Of a stretch of DNA of 23,906 bases, positions 1 through 8,009 are shown one piece after another. The notes beneath the pieces were generated by a model. It had not been told where the DNA came from. It made no database searches and saw only the letters and a program-made list of their open reading frames with translations. The position numbers were made by a program, and so were the translations under genes. Source of the DNA: an uncultured Nitrospiraceae bacterium (GTDB taxonomy: Bacteria > Nitrospirota > Thermodesulfovibrionia > Thermodesulfovibrionales > Dissulfurispiraceae); assembly GCA_947085205.1 (NCBI GenBank), contig CAMTVO010000064.1, positions 1 through 23,906 on the forward strand, read 5' to 3'. Position 1 is the stretch's first letter, and each line of letters begins with the position of its first letter.

Positions 1-278
1 ACGCATGGGTTTACAAACTTCTTTTCATGCCTGAAAAGAACTGTCTCCTCTCCCATTTTTACGGCATTATCTCCTGCGCCGAGCGTGATTGGTTTTATAG
101 GCGGCGCAGATGCCTCGCCGAGGACCTTCTTTGCCTCTTCCAACACATCAGGACATGCATCTAAAGATGCCTGCCTCTGCGCAAGCTTCATTGCAAAGGC
201 AAGGCATGTGGGATGCCCGCACTTTTTACAGTTGGTCTTTGGAAGTAATTTAAATATTTCAACGCCTGTCAAAGCCAT
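1..278 (-). CDS. acsC: Corrinoid Fe-S protein large subunit (CFeSP gamma), N-terminal part; runs off the window start
   Basis: Manual translation from ATG at 278 (SD GGAGG upstream): MALTGVEIFKLLPKTNCKKCGHPTCLAFAMKLAQRQASLDACP...MGEETVLFRHEKKFVNP. Contains the 4Fe-4S Cys motif; lies directly after acsD. Missing from the ORF track because it is truncated. Confidence 0.95.
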   Translation of the reverse strand, partial: MALTGVEIFKLLPKTNCKKCGHPTCLAFAMKLAQRQASLDACPDVLEEAKKVLGEASAPPIKPITLGAGDNAVKMGEETVLFRHEKKFVNPC

Positions 279-290
279 ATCTAACCTCCC

Positions 291-1229
291 TTACATTAAC
301 TCGTTTATGAATTTTTCGACGGCAGCCGCAGCCTCCGGATGCCTCATGATTAAAAACTCAGCGCCGGACATTAACAATGCAGACGCGGTCACAGCCTCCC
401 ACGCCACTCCTCTTTCCTTGAGGCTTCCGCCATAGGGAAGTTCTGATTCAGACGCCTGCGTCTCTTTTACTTTCCATACATACATGCCGACATCGGCAAG
501 CATCGGAGGCTGCATTGTAGCATCGTTCTGCGTAAGCGCAGCAAGCCTTATCCTCTCCATAACCGAATAAGTATATTCAAGTCCGTAACCGAGGGCTGAG
601 CACATAGGGTCAGTTATCAGCTTCTCTTTATCAAATCCCATCTGTGTTATGAGTATGTTAAGCTGCTTTGAAAGATTTATATCCAGCTCCGACATTGCTA
701 TGAGCTTATGATTGTTTGCCATTGCAGCCGCGACAACAGTCTTGTAGTTTCCTTCCTGCGCCTTTCCGATAATGCAGTTTTTACCCTTTGCGGCTTCAGA
801 GACTGCAACAAGCACGGAAGCGTCTTTCTCTATATTATTGCTGCCGAGTATTATCAGCGGGATATTTATTGCAGAAAGGACGTCTTTAACCGTCTTTGCA
901 GCATCCTCCGGAGAGCGGTTTTCCCTGTCCGGATGGGTTCCGACAAGCCTCAAGACTATTGCCTTTGCCTTCAATTCATCCTGACAGTATTTGGCCCATT
1001 TTACAGGGTCGTCGGAAACTCCGTCATATACCTTCCTCACCTCGTCAGGCCAGTCCTGAGGCAGAACATCCTGGATTTCATAGGCGACCACCGGCCCATT
1101 GGGGACATTGCCCTCAAAAGAACAAAATGGGAGCACATTCTCTCCGCCAAACTTAACGGCATTGTCCGTGCCGATGGCAACTTCAAAAACCTTGCCTGAA
1201 AAAGTCTCCTTTGGTGCAACAAAAGCCAT
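291..1229 (-). CDS. acsD: Corrinoid Fe-S protein small subunit (CFeSP delta)
   Basis: Motifs FGGENVLPF, DPVKWAK, DINLSKQLN, ALGYGLEYTYSVMERIRLAAL, MRHP; SD GGAGG; context between acsE and acsC. Confidence 0.95.
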   Translation of the reverse strand: MAFVAPKETFSGKVFEVAIGTDNAVKFGGENVLPFCSFEGNVPNGPVVAYEIQDVLPQDWPDEVRKVYDGVSDDPVKWAKYCQDELKAKAIVLRLVGTHPDRENRSPEDAAKTVKDVLSAINIPLIILGSNNIEKDASVLVAVSEAAKGKNCIIGKAQEGNYKTVVAAAMANNHKLIAMSELDINLSKQLNILITQMGFDKEKLITDPMCSALGYGLEYTYSVMERIRLAALTQNDATMQPPMLADVGMYVWKVKETQASESELPYGGSLKERGVAWEAVTASALLMSGAEFLIMRHPEAAAAVEKFINELM

Positions 1230-1239
1230 GTCTTACCTC

Positions 1240-1316
1240 CGTAATCTGTAATCCGTAATGCGTGATGGGTTGGAAAAATTATTTACTCATTACCCATTAC
1301 TCATTACGCATCACGG
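1240..1316. repeat. Two inverted arrays of degenerate 7-bp tandem repeats
   Basis: CGTAATC-TGTAATC-CGTAATG-CGTGATG (1240-1267) faces TTACTCA-TTACCCA-TTACTCA-TTACGCA-TCACGG (1283-1316). The arrays are approximate reverse complements. Confidence 0.85.
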
Positions 1317-1321
1317 TCTTT

Positions 1322-2104
1322 TTACATTTCTAAATATGAATGTGCATAAAGGGTGTTGTTCATTATCACATCTATTGTTTTTACTGTTTCCATGACCTCA
1401 TGTGCGTCGGCAATTGCTGAGGTGAGCCCCTCATACATCAACAGCGCAAGAAAATATCTGTTCAATATTGGACGCAAAGCCTTTGGACAACCGTTAGATA
1501 TATTACTTAATCCTATTGTGGTCTTCATTGGAGGGTCATTAAGTTCCTGAAACATTTTTATAGTCTTTATCACTTTTAGCGCATGGTCCTGAGAAGTCGC
1601 TATTTGAAGAGCAAGAGGATCAAGGTATAAATCCTCAAGGGGAACGCCGTATTCCATAGCCCTCGCCATTATCTCGGCGGCTATTGCCGCCCTTTCCTCT
1701 GCATCCGCAGGGAGTCCGCCCTTTCCTACCGTCAAGCCGATTATCTGCGAGTTATATTTTGCGGCAAGCTCAAGTATCGGAAATCGTTCAGGGTCGTTGG
1801 ATGTGGAGTTAATCAACGGTCTGCCCCATTCATTGTTATGCACTTTCAGTCCTGCCTCTAATGCATTGTAGTTTGTCGTATCAAGACAGATAGGCAAAGG
1901 AACAACCTCCTGAATAGTCGTAACCATCCACTCCATCAACTCCTCTCCGCCATCCTCTGCAGGACCTATGTTTGCGTCAATCATCCCTGCACCTGACTTC
2001 CATTGAGCGGCGGCAATCTCCTGTATCGGGCCTTTGTCTCTCTTCATCATAGCCTCTCTCACCCTCTTGGCTATAATGCTCAATTTTTCGCCAATTATCA
2101 GCAT
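1322..2104 (-). CDS. acsE: Methyltetrahydrofolate:CFeSP methyltransferase (pterin-binding TIM barrel)
   Basis: MLIIGEK start, LPICLDTTN, PLINSTS, LYLDPL, TTIGLSNISNG motifs; SD GGAGGGAG; acs cluster context. Confidence 0.93.
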   Translation of the reverse strand: MLIIGEKLSIIAKRVREAMMKRDKGPIQEIAAAQWKSGAGMIDANIGPAEDGGEELMEWMVTTIQEVVPLPICLDTTNYNALEAGLKVHNNEWGRPLINSTSNDPERFPILELAAKYNSQIIGLTVGKGGLPADAEERAAIAAEIMARAMEYGVPLEDLYLDPLALQIATSQDHALKVIKTIKMFQELNDPPMKTTIGLSNISNGCPKALRPILNRYFLALLMYEGLTSAIADAHEVMETVKTIDVIMNNTLYAHSYLEM

Positions 2105-2127
2105 ATTCTTCTCCCTCCGCTACAAAA

Positions 2128-2145
2128 TGTAATTGCTATGTTACA
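2128..2145. promoter_or_regulatory. Palindromic candidate operator upstream of acsE
   Basis: TGTAA-TTGCTATG-TTACA, 18 bp, just upstream of the acsE SD. Confidence 0.35.
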
Positions 2146-2306
2146 AAAGGTAAAGTTTTGGAATTTAAATAAAGTTCTTAAAAGTAACACAAAACACCTT
2201 TCAAGTAAAGAGAATCAGTTATTTGTTTATCTTATAAACTTATAATATGCCGATTTTCAAGGGAGACAATAGGATTGGCCTTGAGCGGCTTTTTTCGCTT
2301 CATTAA

Positions 2307-3074
2307 TTACGGTATTCCCAACGACTTGAGCACGCCAAACAAAGCATCCACAGACCTTGCATTTTCTGGAAGTTCAAATACAGGCTTGCCTTCCAAATCG
2401 AATTTGAATACCATATCGTCATGAGGCACAAGCCCTGCCACATGGATACCGAAACCCTCTGCCATTTTTCTGAGATCTTCGCCTTCCTGTCCGATAACCC
2501 TGTTGATGATAAGCACACGCCTGTCGACATCGAGCTGCAGCTCGTCCACAAGCTCGTTTATCCTCTTGGCAGTCATAACGCCTTTTACTGTCGGGTCGCT
2601 GACGATTATAAGCAGATCAACTTTATGTGTAGTTCTCCTGCTCAGATGCTCCATGCCTGCTTCATTGTCTATAACGACATAAGGATATTTATCCGAGAGC
2701 AGGTCTGTATATTTCCTTATTATATTATTCGCTGCACAATAACAGCCAGGCCCTTCAGGCCTTCCCATTACCATGAGGTCAAAGTCCTTTGCTTCAATCA
2801 ATGACTGCTGAACCTGATAATCAAACAACTGCTCCATTGACATGCCGCCCGGCCTGTCTCCTCCGCCTCTCACTGCCTGAAGGGATTCCTCCCTCAACTT
2901 TCCAATGGTTGCATGAATCTTGACACCGAGTGCTTCATTTAAACATGCATTGCTGTCGGCATCCACTGCAAGCACAGGCCCGTTCCTCTTGCTTAATAAA
3001 AATTTTATTGTCAGTCCTGCGATGGAAGTCTTTCCTGTTCCGCCCTTTCCTGCAAAGGCTATCGTAAATCCCAT
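2307..3074 (-). CDS. cooC: CooC/AcsF nickel-insertion ATPase
   Basis: Deviant Walker A GKGGTGKT, VDAD, GPGCYCAAN (CxC Ni motif), IDNEAGMEHLSR. Confidence 0.93.
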   Translation of the reverse strand: MGFTIAFAGKGGTGKTSIAGLTIKFLLSKRNGPVLAVDADSNACLNEALGVKIHATIGKLREESLQAVRGGGDRPGGMSMEQLFDYQVQQSLIEAKDFDLMVMGRPEGPGCYCAANNIIRKYTDLLSDKYPYVVIDNEAGMEHLSRRTTHKVDLLIIVSDPTVKGVMTAKRINELVDELQLDVDRRVLIINRVIGQEGEDLRKMAEGFGIHVAGLVPHDDMVFKFDLEGKPVFELPENARSVDALFGVLKSLGIP

Positions 3075-3734
3075 TTATTCAAACCTCCTTACAATGTCTA
3101 TCAGCTCATCCATTCTATTTATTATAAAATCAGCGCCCTTTAATAAGTCCAGAGGCCTGTATCCATAAGTCACTGCAACAGTTTTGATTCCTGCTGCCTT
3201 TCCTGCCTCGATGTCAAAATTGCTGTCACCAACAATAACAGCATCTTCTGTCTTTATATTAAGTTTTGAAAGGACATGAAGAATCGGGATTGGCGAAGGC
3301 TTTCTCTCTGGAGTTGTATCGCTCCCGACAACCAAATTAAGGTATTTCAATAGTCCGAGGTCATCCAGTACCCTTGATGATAAAGCCTCTCTCTTATTCG
3401 AGATTACAGCCTTCTTATACCCATCTAATTTCTCCAATGTCTCCCTGACCATGGGATAAACAGTGGTATTATCAATTAGATGAGAAGAGTAATGCTCAAG
3501 AAATCTTTCAACGAGAATGTCTTTATTAATATTACTTCTGACTTCCGACTCCTGACTTTTGACTATTTTTTCCATAAGCCTCGTGATTCCTTCTCCGACA
3601 AGGCTTATCGTCTCTTGAATTGTTACAGGTTTTACGCCGTAAGGCTCGATGGCATAATTAATGGCATTGGCGATATCGACGCTCGAATCTATGAGCGTCC
3701 CGTCAAGGTCGAACATGACAAGTTCTATCGGCAT
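3075..3734 (-). CDS. gph: HAD-superfamily phosphatase (phosphoglycolate phosphatase-like)
   Basis: FDLDGTLIDS (motif I), ISNK, KPSP, VGDSNFDIEAG, VTYGY. Confidence 0.85.
   Translation of the reverse strand: MPIELVMFDLDGTLIDSSVDIANAINYAIEPYGVKPVTIQETISLVGEGITRLMEKIVKSQESEVRSNINKDILVERFLEHYSSHLIDNTTVYPMVRETLEKLDGYKKAVISNKREALSSRVLDDLGLLKYLNLVVGSDTTPERKPSPIPILHVLSKLNIKTEDAVIVGDSNFDIEAGKAAGIKTVAVTYGYRPLDLLKGADFIINRMDELIDIVRRFE
3534..3564. repeat. 7-bp tandem repeat inside the gph coding sequence
   Basis: ACTTCTG-ACTTCCG-ACTCCTG-ACTTTTG-ACT; encodes VKSQESEVRS on the minus strand. Confidence 0.85.
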
Positions 3735-3839
3735 TTAATAATGTAATGGAAAAGGCTCAAAAAGCTCAATATTTCCCTTGACTTTGATTTATGCCTTGTT
3801 TTATCTTTCGTATCGAAATTCACTTTATTAGGAGCGTTT

Positions 3840-4604
3840 ATGGGCAACATAAAAATCGGCGTAATCGGCGGCTCTGGATTGGACGACCCAAGGCTGATGA
3901 AGGGCGCAAAGGGAAAGAAGGTAAAGACACCTTACGGCAGTCCATCGTCGCCTCTGACTATCGGAAAGATAAACGGAGTAGATGTAGCAATCCTCGCCCG
4001 CCACGGCAAAGACCACTCAATCTATCCAACAGGGGTCAATTTCAGGGCAAATATATATGCCTTGCAAAAAGAGGGCTGCACCCATATCCTCGCCACAACA
4101 GCAGTCGGCTCTTTGAGAGAAAAGATAATGCCCGGGGACATTGTATTTGTTGACCAGTTTATAGACTTTACAAAGCACAGGCCGCTTACATTCCATGACG
4201 AAAAGGTAATTCATACGCCAATGAGCGAGCCGTTCTGCAATGACCTGCGCTCGCTTGTCATTTCATCAGCAAAGGAATTAAAACTCAGGCACCATACAAA
4301 AGGCACGGTAATTACCATAGAAGGGCCGCGATTCTCCACAAAGGCAGAATCTCATATGTTCAGGGCATGGGGCGCTGATGTTATAAATATGTCAACAGTT
4401 CCTGAAGTAATACTCGCAAGAGAGGCAGGAATCTGTTACCAGAGCATAGCAATGTCAACGGATTACGACTGCTGGAAAGAAGGCGAAGAGCCTGTTACAT
4501 GGGAGATGATACTCGAAATAATGTCTAAAAATGCCGATAATGTAAAAAAGCTGCTTATAAAAACCATTCCAAAGATTAAAAACACAAAGTGCAACTGCAA
4601 ATGA
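3840..4604 (+). CDS. mtnP: S-methyl-5'-thioadenosine phosphorylase
   Basis: [39 protein letters not shown] motifs; SD AGGAG. Confidence 0.93.
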   Translation: MGNIKIGVIGGSGLDDPRLMKGAKGKKVKTPYGSPSSPLTIGKINGVDVAILARHGKDHSIYPTGVNFRANIYALQKEGCTHILATTAVGSLREKIMPGDIVFVDQFIDFTKHRPLTFHDEKVIHTPMSEPFCNDLRSLVISSAKELKLRHHTKGTVITIEGPRFSTKAESHMFRAWGADVINMSTVPEVILAREAGICYQSIAMSTDYDCWKEGEEPVTWEMILEIMSKNADNVKKLLIKTIPKIKNTKCNCK

Positions 4605-4617
4605 AAGGAGATAAGCA

Positions 4618-5151
4618 ATGCCGATTAAATCAAAAATAAGAACTATACCGGACTATCCCAAGAAGGGCATCATGTTCAGGGACATAACCACACTTATTAA
4701 AGATCCTGTAGGCTTCAGGCTCGTAATAGATAATTTCACCCAAAGATATATCAAAGGCGACATTGATTTCGATGTAATCGTAGGAATCGAATCGAGGGGA
4801 TTTATCATAGGCGGAGCGCTCTCCTACACATTAGGAAAGGGCTTTGTCCCTGTAAGAAAAAAAGGCAAGCTCCCTGCAGAAACGATAAGCCACGAATACC
4901 AACTCGAATATGGCACAGATACCGTCGAGATGCACAAGGACGCCATAACAAAAGGCACAAAGGTGATCCTTGTGGATGACCTCCTTGCCACAGGAGGGAC
5001 AGCCCTCGCGGCAGCAGCCCTCGTTGAGAAATTAGGGGGCATCGTCTCTGAAATGGCGTTTATAGTCGATCTGCCGGATGTGGGCGGCGCAAAGAAGCTT
5101 GCAGGCAAGGGATACAAAATATTTGCATTGACGGAATTTGAGGGAGACTAA
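4618..5151 (+). CDS. apt: Adenine phosphoribosyltransferase
   Basis: PDYPKKGIMFRDITT, ESRGF, RKKGKLP, LEYGTD, VDDLLATGGT (PRPP-binding). Confidence 0.97.
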   Translation: MPIKSKIRTIPDYPKKGIMFRDITTLIKDPVGFRLVIDNFTQRYIKGDIDFDVIVGIESRGFIIGGALSYTLGKGFVPVRKKGKLPAETISHEYQLEYGTDTVEMHKDAITKGTKVILVDDLLATGGTALAAAALVEKLGGIVSEMAFIVDLPDVGGAKKLAGKGYKIFALTEFEGD

Positions 5152-5159
5152 TCTTTTTC

Positions 5160-5168
5160 TGCTATAAT
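5160..5168 (+). promoter_or_regulatory. Extended -10 promoter, leaderless configuration, for the polA N-terminal ORF
   Basis: TGcTATAAT, then 5 nt, then ATG at 5174; no SD at a usable distance. Confidence 0.7.
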
Positions 5169-5173
5169 CATTC

Positions 5174-6091
5174 ATGAACCTCTATCTTATCGACGGGAAT
5201 TCCTATTTTTACAGGGCATATCACGCTATAAGGGGGTTAACCAATTCAAAGGGCTTTCCTACCAATGCAATCTACGGCTTTACAAATATGATTCTCAAGA
5301 TAATACGGGAGAAAAAACCTGATGCAGTTGCAATTGCCTTTGATTCTCCCGTTCCTACAGAGAGGCACAGGATATATGAGGAATACAAGGCACAGAGGCC
5401 TGAGACGCCAAATGATTTGGTTATCCAGATTCCACATATAAAAGAAATCATACGCTCATTTAAAATATCTTCGTTTGAGATGCCGGGTTATGAAGCGGAT
5501 GATATTATCTCTACCATTGCAAAAAAGGCTGCATCACAGAATATCGATGTATTCATACTAAGCGGTGACAAAGACATGATGCAGGTTGTAGGTAGTGGGA
5601 TAAAGATTTACGACCCCATGAAGGATATGATAATCGATGAAAATCATGTAAAAGAAAGATTCGGAGTCCCTCCTGAAAGACTCCCTGAGATAATGGCCAT
5701 AACAGGCGATGCAATAGACAATATTCCTGGAGTCAAGGGAATAGGCGAAAAGACGGCAAAGGAGCTTCTTTCAAAGACAGGCAGCCTCGATGAGCTGATC
5801 AAGCATCCTGAAAAAATAGAGAGCGAGAGGATTAGAAAAATGATAGTGGAAAATATAGAAAACATAAAAATCAGCAAGACCCTCGCAACCATCGATACAA
5901 ACATACCTATCGATATAAACCTTCAGGATATGAAAATAAAAGAGCCTGATTGGCCGGCACTGCTTCATATATTCACAGAGTTTGAATTCAAGAGACTTAT
6001 AAGGCTTATCCCCCCTGAAAGTTACAAGCCGAGAGGACAATACATGGCTATTACCGATAAAGAGGATTTGAAAAGGCTTTTGGGAATTTGA
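5174..6091 (+). CDS. polA: DNA polymerase I N-terminal part: 5'-3' exonuclease/flap endonuclease (split polA)
   Basis: LIDGNS, PTNAIYGF, YKAQR, EADD, SGDKD, GDAIDNIPGVKGIGEKTA are all intact. Ends in YMAITDKEDLKRLL, resembling the first helix of the 3'-5' exonuclease domain, then stops. Confidence 0.93.
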   Translation: MNLYLIDGNSYFYRAYHAIRGLTNSKGFPTNAIYGFTNMILKIIREKKPDAVAIAFDSPVPTERHRIYEEYKAQRPETPNDLVIQIPHIKEIIRSFKISSFEMPGYEADDIISTIAKKAASQNIDVFILSGDKDMMQVVGSGIKIYDPMKDMIIDENHVKERFGVPPERLPEIMAITGDAIDNIPGVKGIGEKTAKELLSKTGSLDELIKHPEKIESERIRKMIVENIENIKISKTLATIDTNIPIDINLQDMKIKEPDWPALLHIFTEFEFKRLIRLIPPESYKPRGQYMAITDKEDLKRLLGI

Positions 6092-6102
6092 CGATGGGAT
6101 GA

Positions 6103-6225
6103 GAGAAGCAGAAGGGCATGTTGAAATTTTTTGATTTTGTCTATATCACCAAACCCGGGAAATGGGAAAAGCCTATTTGTGAGTTCTCAAAAATTTTAGA
6201 CGACTTGAATACTATATATCGCTAA
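6103..6225 (+). pseudogene. Possible 3' remnant of a gene convergent with the methyltransferase (candidate restriction endonuclease C-terminus)
   Basis: Open frame EKQKGMLKFFDFVYITKPGKWEKPICEFSKILDDLNTIYR*, stopping 8 bp from the MTase stop codon, tail to tail. Identity inferred from context only. Confidence 0.4.
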
Positions 6226-6233
6226 ACCATCTG

Positions 6234-7840
6234 CTAAAGTTTTTTAAGCAAGACAATACTTTCTTTTTGCATTGTAAATCCGGTTTTGCCTTGCACATTT
6301 GTAGGACTGTTTTGAAGAGGCATTCTCTTGTTGGGAATATTTCTAAAAAGAATGCCCTGAGAAACAAAACCTATTTTCTCCCCGAACTCACAGATTATCC
6401 CATCGGTTTTTAATACCAGTTCTTTTACGGTTCTATTGCCAACAATAAGGCAAAAATATTTTTTAGGGCGTAAAATCTTGTGTGCTTGAACAAGCGCCTT
6501 ATACAAGTCCTTATAAAAACTAAGAACTTCTTTTGCTCGCTCCTCATCTCTCTCGGAAATAATTTTTATGCTTAATCTTAAAGTATCCGACAAGTCAATC
6601 ACAGGGTCATTGAGGCTTATATTGTTTTTGCCTCCAAGCAGTTCTTTGTCGATGTCTTTAATCTGAGGGGGCAATAAATCCAGCCATTGGGCCGGCAACC
6701 GCGAAAATTGTCCATAGGCTACTGTAGTTCTGCTGTCTCCGTAGGGAGGCGAAGTTATAATAAAATCTACAGAGTCCGGAGGAATGCCGTTATCTTTTGT
6801 TGAATCACCAAGTATAATTTTGACATTGGCATTAGGTATTACATCATTGATATATTCCTTCATGCACAAGATGTTATTTTCACATATCCTCACAAACTCA
6901 CCCGGAACATCAGGCTTAAAAGATTTTTCTAATTTGCTTTTATCCCTGAATAGTTTAAATTCCTTATGCCTCGTAAAAGAAACAATCCTTGCAACCTCGC
7001 TGAAGCATACTGAAAAAAAATTTCTGATATTTTCTTCTGAGATATTCCATATCGCCTGCTTGAGTTTTGCGAGGTCTTTAATGACTGATTCGGAAAACCA
7101 GAAATCAATATTATTGAATTGGGGAGATACGGCATTTTTCATGTTGTTATAGCCGGATAAAATTGTTTTTAGATTGTCGGTCAAAGTCTGCGGGTCTATA
7201 GGCGTGGTTTTGACCTTTGCAATCAGCACAGCCAGGGGGTTTAATTCAATACCGATGGAATTTCTGTTCAAAAGGCTGCTTTCAACAAGGGTAGTGCCTG
7301 AGCCGCAGAATATATCGCAAACAGTATCATGTTCGGATGAAAAGACTTCTATCAGTTTCCGGGCCACTTGCGGTATGAACATGGCAGGGTAAGTATGAAA
7401 TCCGTGAGTATAGGTTTTAGTTCGATAGTTTTTAAAGTCCCATTCCTCTATCCATCTGAATATATCCGTGCTGGTGTCGTAATGCTGTTTGTGGCTTCTA
7501 ATATTTCTCATTGTTATTTGCTGCTGCAATCTTGCGACAGATGATGTATCAATTTCAGGCGGCTCAAAAAGAGTGTATCCTGCAGCTTTTTCTTTTACAA
7601 AATAAGGGGACTGATTGGCGGAAGTTTTGTATTTGCTTGGATTTTGAGGGGCAGTAAATGATTTGCTTACGGTTAAATAATTCTCTAAATCCTCTCTATG
7701 AATCTGCGCTGACCGCCTGGAGTTCTCACAGATTGAATCAGCCCTTTTTCTTCCATGCGGTAAATTGTTTTTGAACTAACCCCTAAAAGCATAGCCGCTT
7801 GTTTTGTGTTGAGCATTTCAATCGTTGCAGTTTTGTTCAT
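6234..7840 (-). pseudogene. HTH-fused N4-methylcytosine DNA methyltransferase (alpha class, M.MvaI/M.PspGI-like) with a 1-nt frameshift near 7700
   Basis: THGFHTYPAMFIP, motif I DIFCGSGTT before motif IV TSPPYGDSRTTVAYGQFSR. The MTase frame stays open upstream of the track's TTG (7529) through HREDLENYL and overlaps the HTH ORF that starts at 7840. Confidence 0.8.
7685..7840 (-). CDS. Xis/MerR-like HTH domain (51 aa); probably the N-terminus of the methyltransferase
   Basis: MNKTATIEMLNTKQAAMLLGVSSKTIYRMEEKGLIQSVRTPGGQRRFIERI*, with the typical RTPGGxRRF wing; SD GAGG upstream. Confidence 0.8.
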   Translation of the reverse strand: MNKTATIEMLNTKQAAMLLGVSSKTIYRMEEKGLIQSVRTPGGQRRFIERI

Positions 7841-7857
7841 AGCAGACCTCGCTATAA

Positions 7858-7886
7858 ACTATACATCATTGGACAAGATTAGTCAA
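7858..7886 (-). promoter_or_regulatory. Sigma70 promoter of the HTH-MTase gene
   Basis: TTGACT-N17-TATAGT on the minus strand, ending 18 nt before the ATG at 7840. Confidence 0.75.
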
Positions 7887-7994
7887 ATCAATATATCCAA
7901 AGGGTAGCGTATAGTTGTAAAAATTATTAAAAATCCATATCTTTTGGCAATAAAAGTCATCACCTCTATTTCCTTTATATATAACTTCCGCTTC

Positions 7995-8003
7995 TGATAA
8001 ACT
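7995..8003 (+). promoter_or_regulatory. Extended -10 promoter, leaderless configuration, for the polA C-terminal ORF
   Basis: TGaTAAACT, then 6 nt, then ATG at 8010. No SD; in-frame stop at 7998-8000. Confidence 0.55.
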
Positions 8004-8009
8004 ACGAAT

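Larger units (their letters stand above)
6083..8000. mobile_element. ~1.9 kb insertion interrupting polA (decayed restriction-modification-like cassette); boundaries approximate
   Basis: Non-polA sequence between collinear polA halves, visually AT-richer, containing an opposite-strand methyltransferase. No integrase, transposase or clear target-site duplication seen. Confidence 0.65.

Noticed and set aside
6056..8001. GATAAA direct repeat at 6056 and 7996 as a possible att core
   Set aside because: Only 6 bp in AT-rich DNA, and recombination there would leave polA out of frame.
6092..8009. Intein or self-splicing intron explanation for the polA interruption
   Set aside because: In-frame stops occur at both ends, the cargo is on the opposite strand, and no intein, reverse transcriptase, homing endonuclease or intron-end motifs were seen.
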